NCBI GenBank assembly: GCA_030646805.1
Contig: JAUSKZ010000034.1
Coordinates: forward strand, 1 to 43,613
Direction: 5' to 3'
Length of the DNA stretch: 43,613 nucleotides
Source: Candidatus Daviesbacteria bacterium
GTDB lineage: Bacteria; Patescibacteriota; Microgenomatia; Daviesbacterales; UBA10151
Part shown: one piece after another, positions 19,098 through 28,447 of the stretch
Numbering within the stretch: the stretch's first letter is position 1
How the letters are laid out: each line of letters opens with the position of its first letter
The notes under the pieces: model-generated
Database searches by the model: none
Told to the model about the DNA's origin: nothing
The model's input: only the letters and a program-made list of their open reading frames with translations
Translations under genes and position numbers: made by a program

Positions 19098-20861
19098 ATG
19101 AGATTTTCAAAATTAGCTGAATATTTAGAGAAGTTGGAAGCCACCCCCTCCAGGCTATCTTTAATTAATATTTTATCCGAGTTGTTTTTAGTGGTAGAAG
19201 AAAAAGAGATCGCCAAGGTGGTTTATTTGATTTCCGGCCGGGTGGCCCCTTTTTATCTGCCAATCGAGATGGGGATGGCGGAGAAAAATATCGCGGCCTC
19301 CATAGCCCGGGCATATGGGGTAGAGCGTGAAGAAGTTTTAAGAAGATATGGTCAGGTAGGGGATTTAGGTAAAGTGGCAGAGGAGTTGAGTTCAAAGTTA
19401 AAAATTCAAAGTTCAAAATTGGAAGTCAGTGATGTATTTAATACTTTGCTGGAGATCGCGAAATCAACCGGAGAGGGAACGGTGGAGAAAAAAGTCTCAG
19501 CTTTATCAGGTTTGCTCATAAAGGTTGATCCAATCTCGGTCAAACATTTAGTTAGGATTCCCCTGGGGACCTCTAGGCTGGGGATTGGAGACCCAACTAT
19601 TTTAGACGGTTTTGCCCAAAGTAAACTCGGGGACCGTAAAAACCGCAAAGTCTTAGAGGGTGCTTACAATAAAACCTCAGATCTAGGATTAATCGGTGAG
19701 ACTTTATGGCGGGAGGGTCAAAAAGGGGTTGAGAAGCTAGATGTTACGGTTGGTAGGCCGATCAGGTCGCAGCTGGCTGAAAGGTTGCCGGACCCTAAAA
19801 CAATCTTGGAAAAATTTGCGGGAGTAGCTCACGTTCAATTTAAATATGACGGCTTTAGAGTCCAAATTCACAAGCAAGGCAAAACAGTCAGGTTGTTTTC
19901 CCGGAATTTAGAGGAGACAACCTTGATGTTTCCGGAGTTAATCGAAGGGACGTTGAATCAGATTAAAGCCAACGAGGTAATTTTAGATTCGGAAGCCCTG
20001 GCTTTTAATCCGGAATCGGAGGAGTTTTTACCCTTTCAAGAAACCACTAAAAGAAGGAGGAAGTATGGGATAGAGGAGATGCAAAAAAAGCTGCCTCTTA
20101 AAGCCTTTGTTTTTGACATTATGTATTTAGATGGTAAGTCCTTAATTAATACACCTCTTAAAACTCGGATGGAGTTGTTAAAGAAGACCATCGCCGGGGA
20201 CGAGATCCTCAAGATCGAAGATCGCAAGGATGTAATCCTTATCCCTCAACCTGGTGAAATTACTGACTCCGTGGAGAGAGTGGACTTGCTGTTTAATGAT
20301 GCTTTATCAAAAGGTTTGGAAGGGTTGATTGTCAAACGGCCGGACTCAGTTTATGAGGCTGGAGCCAGAAACTTTAATTGGGTAAAGCTCAAGAGGCACT
20401 CCTCAGGCGAGCTCCAGGATACTATCGATTGTGTAATTTTGGGATACGTTTTTGGCCGAGGCAAAAGAGCTGATTTTGGTGCCGGAGCTTTATTGGTCGG
20501 TGTTTACGATCAGGAAAAAGATGAATTCGTGACGGTTTCCAAGATTGGGACGGGGTTAACTGATGAAGAGTGGCGGGAGATTCACAAAAGGGCTGATAAA
20601 ATAAAAGTTGATAAAAAACCAGCTCGGGTTAACTCAATTTTGGAGCCCTCTGTTTGGGTTAAGCCTGAGATTGTGATTGAGGTCTTGGCAGATGAGATCA
20701 CCAGGTCCCCAGTTCATACAGCTGGGAAAAGCGAGACTGAGCCTGGCTATGCCTTGCGATTTCCCAGGTTAGTCAGATTTAGAGAAGGGGATAAGCGACC
20801 GGAAGATAGTACTACAGTAGATGAGCTTGTTAAACTATTTGGACAGCAGTTTAAAAAATAA
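19098..20861 (+). CDS. lig: ATP-dependent DNA ligase (archaeal/LigB-like, with N-terminal DNA-binding domain)
   Basis: KYDGFRVQIH adenylation motif, FSRNLE, EGLIVK, WVKLK, GTGLTD, LRFPR. Confidence 0.95.
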   Translation: MRFSKLAEYLEKLEATPSRLSLINILSELFLVVEEKEIAKVVYLISGRVAPFYLPIEMGMAEKNIAASIARAYGVEREEVLRRYGQVGDLGKVAEELSSKLKIQSSKLEVSDVFNTLLEIAKSTGEGTVEKKVSALSGLLIKVDPISVKHLVRIPLGTSRLGIGDPTILDGFAQSKLGDRKNRKVLEGAYNKTSDLGLIGETLWREGQKGVEKLDVTVGRPIRSQLAERLPDPKTILEKFAGVAHVQFKYDGFRVQIHKQGKTVRLFSRNLEETTLMFPELIEGTLNQIKANEVILDSEALAFNPESEEFLPFQETTKRRRKYGIEEMQKKLPLKAFVFDIMYLDGKSLINTPLKTRMELLKKTIAGDEILKIEDRKDVILIPQPGEITDSVERVDLLFNDALSKGLEGLIVKRPDSVYEAGARNFNWVKLKRHSSGELQDTIDCVILGYVFGRGKRADFGAGALLVGVYDQEKDEFVTVSKIGTGLTDEEWREIHKRADKIKVDKKPARVNSILEPSVWVKPEIVIEVLADEITRSPVHTAGKSETEPGYALRFPRLVRFREGDKRPEDSTTVDELVKLFGQQFKK

Positions 20862-20878
20862 GAATTTGACAAGGTCTT

Positions 20879-21460
20879 GTGCTTGGAGTAGACTCACCTC
20901 AAATGTTACGAATAGAAGGTTCAACCATAACAACTGAACTAGGGGTGCTCCAGTCTCTTGGAGCTGTTGTTGCTTTGGAACGCGCCGAGAGAATAGCCAT
21001 AAGGAGAGGTGATCTTACTGTTGCCACTACTCATCTACTAAGGGCTTTGGTGAGTGGGGATTGTGTAGGATTCGATAGATTAAGTTTGTTGGAGAGTTGT
21101 GGAGGGAAAAGAGATGTAGAAATGGTGGGATTACTTTATCTTGTTCATTTTTTACCAGAGATTAGGATTCCTAGATTAGACTTTACTCCAGAACTTTATC
21201 GAACTTTTAAAACTGCTGCTTGTGAGGCAACTCAAAATGAGCTGGGTTATCTATACAGTGATCATCTACTGAGGGCAATTGCTTTAAATACTGGTTGCGA
21301 GGCAAATTCTGTTTTGGCCAAATTAGGGGTTGATAGGGAACGCTTGGCGCAAGCAGCAGCTCCTCCGGAATTAAAATTAAAGTGGGGATATACTTACTCC
21401 CCAAAGAAAGATGTTTTAGATAAGTTCGAACGTGTTTTAACTGGACCTGGAAGTAATTAA
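20879..21460 (+). CDS. Stand-alone Clp N-terminal (repeat) domain protein
   Basis: Two Clp-N repeats (ALERAERIAIRRGDLTVATTHLLRAL; FKTAACEATQNELGYLYSDHLLRAI); no AAA+ domain. Confidence 0.75.
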   Translation: MLGVDSPQMLRIEGSTITTELGVLQSLGAVVALERAERIAIRRGDLTVATTHLLRALVSGDCVGFDRLSLLESCGGKRDVEMVGLLYLVHFLPEIRIPRLDFTPELYRTFKTAACEATQNELGYLYSDHLLRAIALNTGCEANSVLAKLGVDRERLAQAAAPPELKLKWGYTYSPKKDVLDKFERVLTGPGSN

Positions 21461-21565
21461 CTTTCATAGACTTCTTCGGATAAACTGTTTCTAAGTTTAA
21501 ACTCTCACTAATTTGTAACATCTATTTTACTTAAAGTCTTCTATCAGATAATATGATGTTTAAAG

Positions 21566-22150
21566 ATGAAATTAATTATCGGACTTGGTAATCCGGGAGA
21601 AAAATATATCTTCACCCGTCATAACTTAGGCTTTATGGCCTTGGATGAGTATGTTAAAAAACACTCTGGTCCAAAATATGAATGGAAGTTAGAAAAAAAG
21701 TTTAAATCAGAAGTTTTTAAATTGGGGGAGCTACTTTTAGTAAAACCCCAAACTCATATGAACGCCTCCGGGGTAGCTGCTGGCTTACTTAAGAGTTTTT
21801 TCAAAATAAAAGTGGAAGATATTATTGTCATCCACGATGATTTGGATCTGCCTTTAGGCAAGATTAGGCTGCGGGTTGGAGGATCAGGGGGAGGGCATCA
21901 CGGAGTGGAGGACATAATTTTTACTTTAGGTGAAGATAACTTCACCAGAATACGCTTAGGTATTGGTAATATCAAAAGTAAAAGTGGAGAACACAATCAG
22001 ATTAGTTTTGAGGCGGAGAAGTTCGTAGTTGATAATTTTATCTCTAGTGAAAAATCAAAAGTAAAACAGATGTTAAAAAAAACAACCGAAGCCTTGGATT
22101 TAATTTTAGAAAAGGGGATTGAAGTTGCTCAAAATCAATTGAACCAATAA
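21566..22150 (+). CDS. pth: Peptidyl-tRNA hydrolase
   Basis: LIIGLGNPG..Y..TRHNLGF, KPQTHMNASG, HDDLDL, GGHHG. Confidence 0.97.
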   Translation: MKLIIGLGNPGEKYIFTRHNLGFMALDEYVKKHSGPKYEWKLEKKFKSEVFKLGELLLVKPQTHMNASGVAAGLLKSFFKIKVEDIIVIHDDLDLPLGKIRLRVGGSGGGHHGVEDIIFTLGEDNFTRIRLGIGNIKSKSGEHNQISFEAEKFVVDNFISSEKSKVKQMLKKTTEALDLILEKGIEVAQNQLNQ

Positions 22151-22161
22151 TCAGTTGCAAA

Positions 22162-22190
22162 TTGACAAGGGTAGTAAAAGCTAGTATTCT
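22162..22190 (+). promoter_or_regulatory. Sigma70-type promoter for the DsbA gene
   Basis: TTGACA, 17 bp, TATTCT; ATG at 22200. Confidence 0.65.
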
Positions 22191-22199
22191 CAGTTAGTC

Positions 22200-22949
22200 A
22201 TGTCGTCCCAAGAAAAATCTCTCTCTGTCCCGGTAGCTGTGGTCATCGGCAGTTTGGTTATAAGCGCCTCGATCCTTTTATCCGGCGGGATAATTAGTAT
22301 TAAAGGGGTTGGCGGGAAGGCGGACACAACTGCCTCAGCTACCGCCCCGGTTGCTCAACCTCAAGTTGGCTCTGACACTAGAAAATCATCAGATCAAATT
22401 ACCCAAGGACTAAAAAGTTTAGCCGTCAAAGCGGGGGTGCAACAGCTAAAGTTTGACAGCTGTCTGGATTCGGGAGAAAAAGCAACAAAGGTTAAAGCTG
22501 ACTTTGACGAAGGGGCAAGTCTGGGTGTCCAGGGAACTCCGGCGTTTTTTGTTAACGGCAAACCGTTATTTATTGGTGCCTCACCCTTTACTGAATTTAA
22601 AAAAGTTATCGATGATGAAATCGCGGGTCTCACCAAGGCTGAAGATAAAAAAGAGGTTGGAGTTGGGGACTTGCCGATATTGGGCAATGAGAGCGCTAAG
22701 GTGACCTTGATTGAGTTTTCCGATTATGAGTGTCCGTTTTGTTCCAGGTTTCACACCGATGCTTTTAAACAGATTAAGAGTGAGTATATTGATACCGGAA
22801 AAGTTAAGTTCTATTACCGGGATTATCCTTTAGCCCAAATTCACCCCGGCGCCCAAAAAGCGGCTGAGGCAACCAGGTGTGCAGCTGATCAAGGAAAGTT
22901 CTGGGAGTACCACAGTCTAGTTTTTGAAAACCAAACAGCTATTTTCTAA
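22200..22949 (+). CDS. Membrane-anchored DsbA/BdbD-like thiol-disulfide oxidoreductase, circularly permuted
   Basis: N-terminal TM anchor; GVQGTPAFFVNG (cis-Pro loop) precedes EFSDYECPFC...QGKFWEYH. Confidence 0.88.
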   Translation: MSSQEKSLSVPVAVVIGSLVISASILLSGGIISIKGVGGKADTTASATAPVAQPQVGSDTRKSSDQITQGLKSLAVKAGVQQLKFDSCLDSGEKATKVKADFDEGASLGVQGTPAFFVNGKPLFIGASPFTEFKKVIDDEIAGLTKAEDKKEVGVGDLPILGNESAKVTLIEFSDYECPFCSRFHTDAFKQIKSEYIDTGKVKFYYRDYPLAQIHPGAQKAAEATRCAADQGKFWEYHSLVFENQTAIF

Positions 22950-25020
22950 CCTTGTAGATTTGGGTTTCCCCACTTTGGAAGACCAGCTCCCCAATTTCCA
23001 GAAACTTTTGAATAAATATTTGCGGAAGTTTTTGTTTTTCCAAACTGCCAACAATGATATATTCGATCTTATATTTATTAATTAGACTCAAGGTTGATTT
23101 TAAATCTTTTGATTCATAGATAGTTTTGATATCGGATCCGCGAGCGTTGACCTCGTCAGGCTTACCCCGCCAAAGCCACTCATGAACTGGCCAGCCAGCT
23201 ACGGTCGGTAAGCCAGTATTTGAAGAGATTCTCTCGTAATCTGTGTAAGAATCTCCTTGGGCTTCTAAGATAATTGGTTGGTTTGAAACGTTTTGGTTTA
23301 ACCAATGGATAGCCTCAAAATCTCCAGGGTGAAGATTCTTTAGATACTCTAAGCCGTCCAATCCTTGAGGATTTTTTAAATTTCCATAATAAGAGCTGAT
23401 GGCAAAATAAGGATAGATGGCGACCAAGATAAATAGGCCATAAATAAAAAGCCAAAAAACTCTAGGGATATTTTTTAGTAAAAAAATTCTGACTAACATA
23501 TAGGCACTGCTGACCCCCAAGATCATAAAAGCCTGATAGCCAAATTTAAAAACGGTATTGGCCCGGTAGTGGGCTGGATAAATGTCTTTAACATAAACCA
23601 TCTCGGGGATTAAAATTAATAGGAATGAGAAAATAGCCGTGATGGTAACAAACAAGTCAGTCCGATTTTTGGGTTCAGTACGGAGCTTTTTTAAAGCCAG
23701 TAGAAAAACTGTAAAAATTGTTAGGGGAAATCCCCACAAAATTCCCAACATCCATAAAGGGGAGCGGGCGCAGTGATTTGACTCAAAAAGGAATGGACCA
23801 ATCTTGCCTATCTCAGTCAAAAATCCAGGTGCACAAATAACCCCTATTCCGGAGCCAAAGGGTTTAAAGTTTAACCAAAAAGGCAGTGAGATCAGGATGG
23901 CAAAAAAGATGACTAGAAAGACTTTGGATAAAGATCCTAGTAATGTCTTCTTAAGTGAGCTCGAGGTTTCCCCAAAGCCCAAAAAGATTAAGAGCGCCAA
24001 AAGATATATCGGACCGTCCAAGATATTGGTCATTAAAAATAGCCCCACTAAAAATCCTAAGATACCCAAATCTAAAAGCTTAACTTTTTGGTGAAAGATT
24101 TTAATCAAAAAGGCCAGGTATAGTAGAACCTGGGGGATATTTAAAACATGGCCGTGTAGATCTGAGACCACAAATGAGTAGATCGGAAACTCGTGAATAG
24201 TTAAGGGGATAAACCGAGTAGCGTTAGGATACCAGTAACCGTTGAAGTTAAACTCGAGCGGTAGTTGCCAAAAAGGCACCGGTAGGTCAGGATTGTAACT
24301 TTGAAAGAAGATATAGATTGGGTGCAGGTTGCCTCCTAAAGCCACCAAAAAAGCACCTAATAGGCCTGCTGCTATCCCAAGCCTCAAGTTAGGTGAAATC
24401 TTCCCAACCAGGTTTAAGCTTAAGCTGAACGAGCCGACAAAAGTTATAGCAAAAAGGGTGGCCACCATCAGGTTATAACCGACAAAGGTTGAAACCCCGG
24501 AAAGTAAGATTAAAACCGCTGTTGAGAGATGTCCAAAATAGTAATAATTTATGGGGTAGGGAGGTAGCCAAAGATCAGTTGGCGGAAAGTAGGAACTCCG
24601 GAGTATTGAGTTAATAAAACCAAAGTCCATGAACTTTTCAAGGCCATGAATTGAAGGCTCAAAGGAGCGGACAAAAGCCCAAGAGGCGAGAGCCACGAAA
24701 AAAAGTATCTCTTCGAATATTATAAGTGATAAGGTTTGGCGGTTTATCTCAATTGGAAAACGGTAAAGGAGAAAAAGGTTCGAGGCAAGCAGTAAAAAAA
24801 CGATCCCAAATATGAGGGTTGGATTAAAGGGCAGAAGTCCTAAGCTAGGGATAAGCCAGGTTAAATAGGAAGTTAAAACCAGTCCGATAATTTTTGAAAA
24901 GATATATCCCCGGTCTGAAAAACTTCTAAATAACCAAAAAGTTAAAGGTAAGACCGTAATTCCAGTTAGGAAAAGGACCCCCCAAAAAGTAAAAAGCGAT
25001 AATATATCTTGGGTAATCAT
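22939..25020 (-). CDS. DUF2298 (YYY-motif) membrane protein, probable GT-C fold
   Basis: GLEKFMDFGF, PINYYYFGH, TIHEFPIYSF..SDLHGH, RANTVFKFGYQ, GWPVHEWLWRG. Confidence 0.88.
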   Translation of the reverse strand: MITQDILSLFTFWGVLFLTGITVLPLTFWLFRSFSDRGYIFSKIIGLVLTSYLTWLIPSLGLLPFNPTLIFGIVFLLLASNLFLLYRFPIEINRQTLSLIIFEEILFFVALASWAFVRSFEPSIHGLEKFMDFGFINSILRSSYFPPTDLWLPPYPINYYYFGHLSTAVLILLSGVSTFVGYNLMVATLFAITFVGSFSLSLNLVGKISPNLRLGIAAGLLGAFLVALGGNLHPIYIFFQSYNPDLPVPFWQLPLEFNFNGYWYPNATRFIPLTIHEFPIYSFVVSDLHGHVLNIPQVLLYLAFLIKIFHQKVKLLDLGILGFLVGLFLMTNILDGPIYLLALLIFLGFGETSSSLKKTLLGSLSKVFLVIFFAILISLPFWLNFKPFGSGIGVICAPGFLTEIGKIGPFLFESNHCARSPLWMLGILWGFPLTIFTVFLLALKKLRTEPKNRTDLFVTITAIFSFLLILIPEMVYVKDIYPAHYRANTVFKFGYQAFMILGVSSAYMLVRIFLLKNIPRVFWLFIYGLFILVAIYPYFAISSYYGNLKNPQGLDGLEYLKNLHPGDFEAIHWLNQNVSNQPIILEAQGDSYTDYERISSNTGLPTVAGWPVHEWLWRGKPDEVNARGSDIKTIYESKDLKSTLSLINKYKIEYIIVGSLEKQKLPQIFIQKFLEIGELVFQSGETQIYKVRK

Positions 25021-25586
25021 TTCTTTAAGTAAAGTCTAATATCCGACACACTTGCCAAGACTGGAATTCCGAATTTGGTCTGGCCCTTAAATTTTGGGTT
25101 GTACCAAAGAAGTTTAGTTTTTATATCTTTGCTCTTTAAGTACTTTAAAAGCCTTAAATCATCATCTAAATAAATATCTAAATTTAACTCTTTGATTTTT
25201 TGTTCTTTAAATTTGTGAGGTTGCAGGTCTTTATTGTTTAAGTAAATTGCAGTAAAGGGAGTAATCAAATCGTATTTCCCCAAAATCTTGAGAGTTAAAT
25301 TTTCTAAAAATTTATAGCGGCTGGAGATTAAATAAAGAGAGTGACCTCCGAGGCTGCTTAAAAACATCGCGTTTGAGGTAATCTTGGGGCGTAAAAAATC
25401 TAGGTGGGACAATCTTCTAATCAATCTCTCCAGACCTGGTTTGGGGATATGGTATGAAAGTTGAGAATTAGTGTTTTTCCGGAATAAGTCTTTTGGACTG
25501 TGTCTATATAACCAATCGATAGTTTGGGTTGGGATAAAAGGGGGATAATCAATAAAGATCTTATCAAGATCAAAGCCAATCCGCAT
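25017..25586 (-). CDS. HAD-superfamily nucleotidase-like protein
   Basis: RIGFDLDKIF (DxD), ISSR, K...DIYLDDD. Confidence 0.7.
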   Translation of the reverse strand: MRIGFDLDKIFIDYPPFIPTQTIDWLYRHSPKDLFRKNTNSQLSYHIPKPGLERLIRRLSHLDFLRPKITSNAMFLSSLGGHSLYLISSRYKFLENLTLKILGKYDLITPFTAIYLNNKDLQPHKFKEQKIKELNLDIYLDDDLRLLKYLKSKDIKTKLLWYNPKFKGQTKFGIPVLASVSDIRLYLKK

Positions 25587-25646
25587 AATTAGGGTTAATC
25601 AAAAGCGTATCGGGTTTGGTTTAAAAAAACAACCATCAGACACTAC

Positions 25647-26699
25647 TTAAAAGGATTGGAAAAAATGTCCCCAATCAGTTTTTAAAAATTCTCCAACTTT
25701 ACCCTTACCAACCAAATTCCACCAATAATAATCACGGTAGAGCTTTTGAATAACAGATCCACGGATAATCGGTGACCGAAGGAGAAGTTTTTCGATCCAG
25801 AAGGGGCTCCTGGACATTAGTCTGATTGACCTGGAAGCAAAATTGTCACGTCTTCGAAAGTGCCAATTAATTTTGGAGATATCAAGTCCTACTACTTTGA
25901 TTTTTTTGGGGCTAGCTTTTCCTAAACCTTGATCCTCGGCCAGACTTAAATAGTCGGTTTTTAAAGGATTAAAGCCCATCATTTTAACAGCGGTAGAATC
26001 TAAAGCGACTGGATCAACACTTCCTAAAATATAATTTTTAATCTCCCAGTCACCAGAAGGTAGGTAAGCCTCCTTGCCAACTATGGTTGCATCCATCACC
26101 GAAAAACTTCCTGGGTGAACCTCTCTTTGAATTACCAAGAGATCAATTAAAATCTGATTTAGAACCCGGAAGTTATAATCTTTTTTAGAATCTAAAATTC
26201 CAAAATAATTTTTAACCGCCCCATTAATAGTTGTTCTTGCGCTCATCCCGAGAGTTGAAAGAGTGATCAGATTTTTCCCGACAATGATTTTTGGTAACTT
26301 AATTTTATTACCTAAAACCGAAAGTTCAGAGCTTATTTTTACGTCGACATATTTCTCCTGTGAAAGATGATGCAATTTAACGCCGTATTTTTTTAAAATA
26401 CTGGACCACTTATTATTAATTGAAATTTTAAGACTTTGACTTGAGCTATCTTCGATAGCAATAATATCTTTAGGTTTTATCCCGTCTGAAATTAAAGTTT
26501 TGATTACCCCTTCAAGTTGCCAAGGTGGGGTAGAGGAAGCAGGATAAAATCTCTCACCAGCTTGGTTGAGTTTTAAAACTATCGGCAGACCCTTTTTTAA
26601 CCCTTTTAAATATTGGGCTTTTTGTAAAAGCTTTTGGTAGTCAGTAATAACTTTTTTAGGACTGGTTGTCGCAATATATACTCTTGACATAAATTTCAA
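25647..26699 (-). CDS. DUF362-domain protein (divergent, no Cys)
   Basis: LKLN...STPPWQLEGVI, GAVKNYFG, VMDAT, DPVALDSTAVKMMGFNP. Confidence 0.75.
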   Translation of the reverse strand: MKFMSRVYIATTSPKKVITDYQKLLQKAQYLKGLKKGLPIVLKLNQAGERFYPASSTPPWQLEGVIKTLISDGIKPKDIIAIEDSSSQSLKISINNKWSSILKKYGVKLHHLSQEKYVDVKISSELSVLGNKIKLPKIIVGKNLITLSTLGMSARTTINGAVKNYFGILDSKKDYNFRVLNQILIDLLVIQREVHPGSFSVMDATIVGKEAYLPSGDWEIKNYILGSVDPVALDSTAVKMMGFNPLKTDYLSLAEDQGLGKASPKKIKVVGLDISKINWHFRRRDNFASRSIRLMSRSPFWIEKLLLRSPIIRGSVIQKLYRDYYWWNLVGKGKVGEFLKTDWGHFFQSF

Positions 26700-26725
26700 G
26701 CAGTTTATCAGGATTTATTAAAAAA

Positions 26726-28447
26726 TCAAATGGTAGGAGAGGTTATTTTTTTAAAAATGATTACTTTGGGGTGATCATAAACTGTAAAAGATTCATCAGC
26801 GGAAAAGTCATTTATCGGAATATTTAAAATTGGGACTTTGGGAAGACTCGAAAATTCGGCGACTTTAATAAAACCTAAACTGCCATCAAATAGTTTTTGA
26901 TAATACTGGGCAGCTGATTTAGGACATCGGTGAGAAGCTATTTTCCAGGCCTCACAATTCAAAGCGATTCTTTGTAGTGGGACGTAGAGCCGGTGACTTG
27001 CAACAACTAAATAATCGGCAGTTTTTAAGGCGTTATAAACTTGTTTCTCAATAAAAGGATTTTGGAGGTCATAGATCGGTAAATCAATCAGCTTAAAGTT
27101 TTTTGGGCCTGAAAGAGGTAAGCCGTCGTCCCAATGTTCTCGGGCGATGGTTGAATTTGCTGGAACGTTTCGATGAATCCACTCTGAACCTTCGATCCGA
27201 GTATTAGGTTTTGTATAAATTGAGATAAAAGATAAAGGCCAGATTAGTAAAAGAATTGAGAATGTAGAATTGAGAATGTAGAATTTAAAGTGAGAAACCT
27301 TGGTCATATGCAAAACTTTACTAATTGAGATAGCTGCGAATAAACAAAGTAGTGGGTAGATAGGCAGGAGATAGCGCATAAAACCAATGGCAAATCTGCC
27401 AACTACCAAAAAGTAACTAATAAAAAAGATCAAAATTAATAAGGTTCCAAAGTTAATTCTTTTAATATTTATTAAAGTGAGCAGTAGTCCTAAAAACGAA
27501 GCGGTTGAGATAATTGGTCCTAAACCCCAAAAGAAGATATTTTTAAGTTCATAAAAGTAGGGGATTTTACCAACATATTGCAAGGTAAAAGGAAAGGTAA
27601 ATGCATCAGAAGTCATTCTTTGTTGTTCTCCAATTTGCTTGAAAAAGGTCGGGTAATCTATTAAGGAGTAGGGGTTAGTTAAGGCAAATACTCCGAGGGC
27701 AAAAAGCCCAACTAAAATTATTTTAGACAACAAAGAAACGAAAGCGTTTAAGGTTTTTTGGGGGTTACTTAAATGAATTTGGATAAGTGATAACCCCAAT
27801 GGAATAAAAAGTAAAATTGCACTAACCTTGGTGGAGATTGCCAAACCAAAGGTCAATCCTAAAAGGGCGCTATTTTTAAACTGCGGTTTTTCTTTAAAAA
27901 TTACTATCCGGTAGAGGCTCAAAAGTATAAAAAAAGTTAAGGGGGTATCGACAGCCCAAAAATGGGCCAGTTGAATCGGTAAAACAGAAACGGAGTAAAA
28001 GAGTGAGGCGAGCAGTCCAACCGAATTTGAAAAAACTTTTTTACCCAAAAGATAAAGTAGGAGGATGCTTCCCACATCAAATAAGACTGACAGAAAACGC
28101 CCCAGCAAAGTAATTCCGTCATACTCTGACAAGGTTGGATTGAGCAAACTGCCGACCCCTCCAGCTATTTTAAGTAAATAAATTGGCAGACTGCCGTAAG
28201 CAAAGAAGTTTGGATTAAGAGTACTTTGGGGCGTTTGGAGGTTCTCCCATTCCAAGGGTGTCTCGGGAATTTGAATTTTTAGGGCTACCATGACTATCAT
28301 CCGTTCATCGGGGTGAAAATGATTATTCGAATCCCAATTTAAGCCAAAAATCCGGAAAAATAATCCTAAAACTAAAATTCCATAAAGAAATAATTTAGAG
28401 TTGTTGGTTAAAAGACTGAACATAGAAGCTTTCTGAAAGTTTAACAT
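26726..28447 (-). CDS. ArnT/PMT-like (GT-C) glycosyltransferase
   Basis: HFHPDER, FFAYGSLP, QLAHFWAVD, FMRYLLP, DESFTVYDHP; many TM helices. Confidence 0.88.
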   Translation of the reverse strand: MLNFQKASMFSLLTNNSKLFLYGILVLGLFFRIFGLNWDSNNHFHPDERMIVMVALKIQIPETPLEWENLQTPQSTLNPNFFAYGSLPIYLLKIAGGVGSLLNPTLSEYDGITLLGRFLSVLFDVGSILLLYLLGKKVFSNSVGLLASLFYSVSVLPIQLAHFWAVDTPLTFFILLSLYRIVIFKEKPQFKNSALLGLTFGLAISTKVSAILLFIPLGLSLIQIHLSNPQKTLNAFVSLLSKIILVGLFALGVFALTNPYSLIDYPTFFKQIGEQQRMTSDAFTFPFTLQYVGKIPYFYELKNIFFWGLGPIISTASFLGLLLTLINIKRINFGTLLILIFFISYFLVVGRFAIGFMRYLLPIYPLLCLFAAISISKVLHMTKVSHFKFYILNSTFSILLLIWPLSFISIYTKPNTRIEGSEWIHRNVPANSTIAREHWDDGLPLSGPKNFKLIDLPIYDLQNPFIEKQVYNALKTADYLVVASHRLYVPLQRIALNCEAWKIASHRCPKSAAQYYQKLFDGSLGFIKVAEFSSLPKVPILNIPINDFSADESFTVYDHPKVIIFKKITSPTI

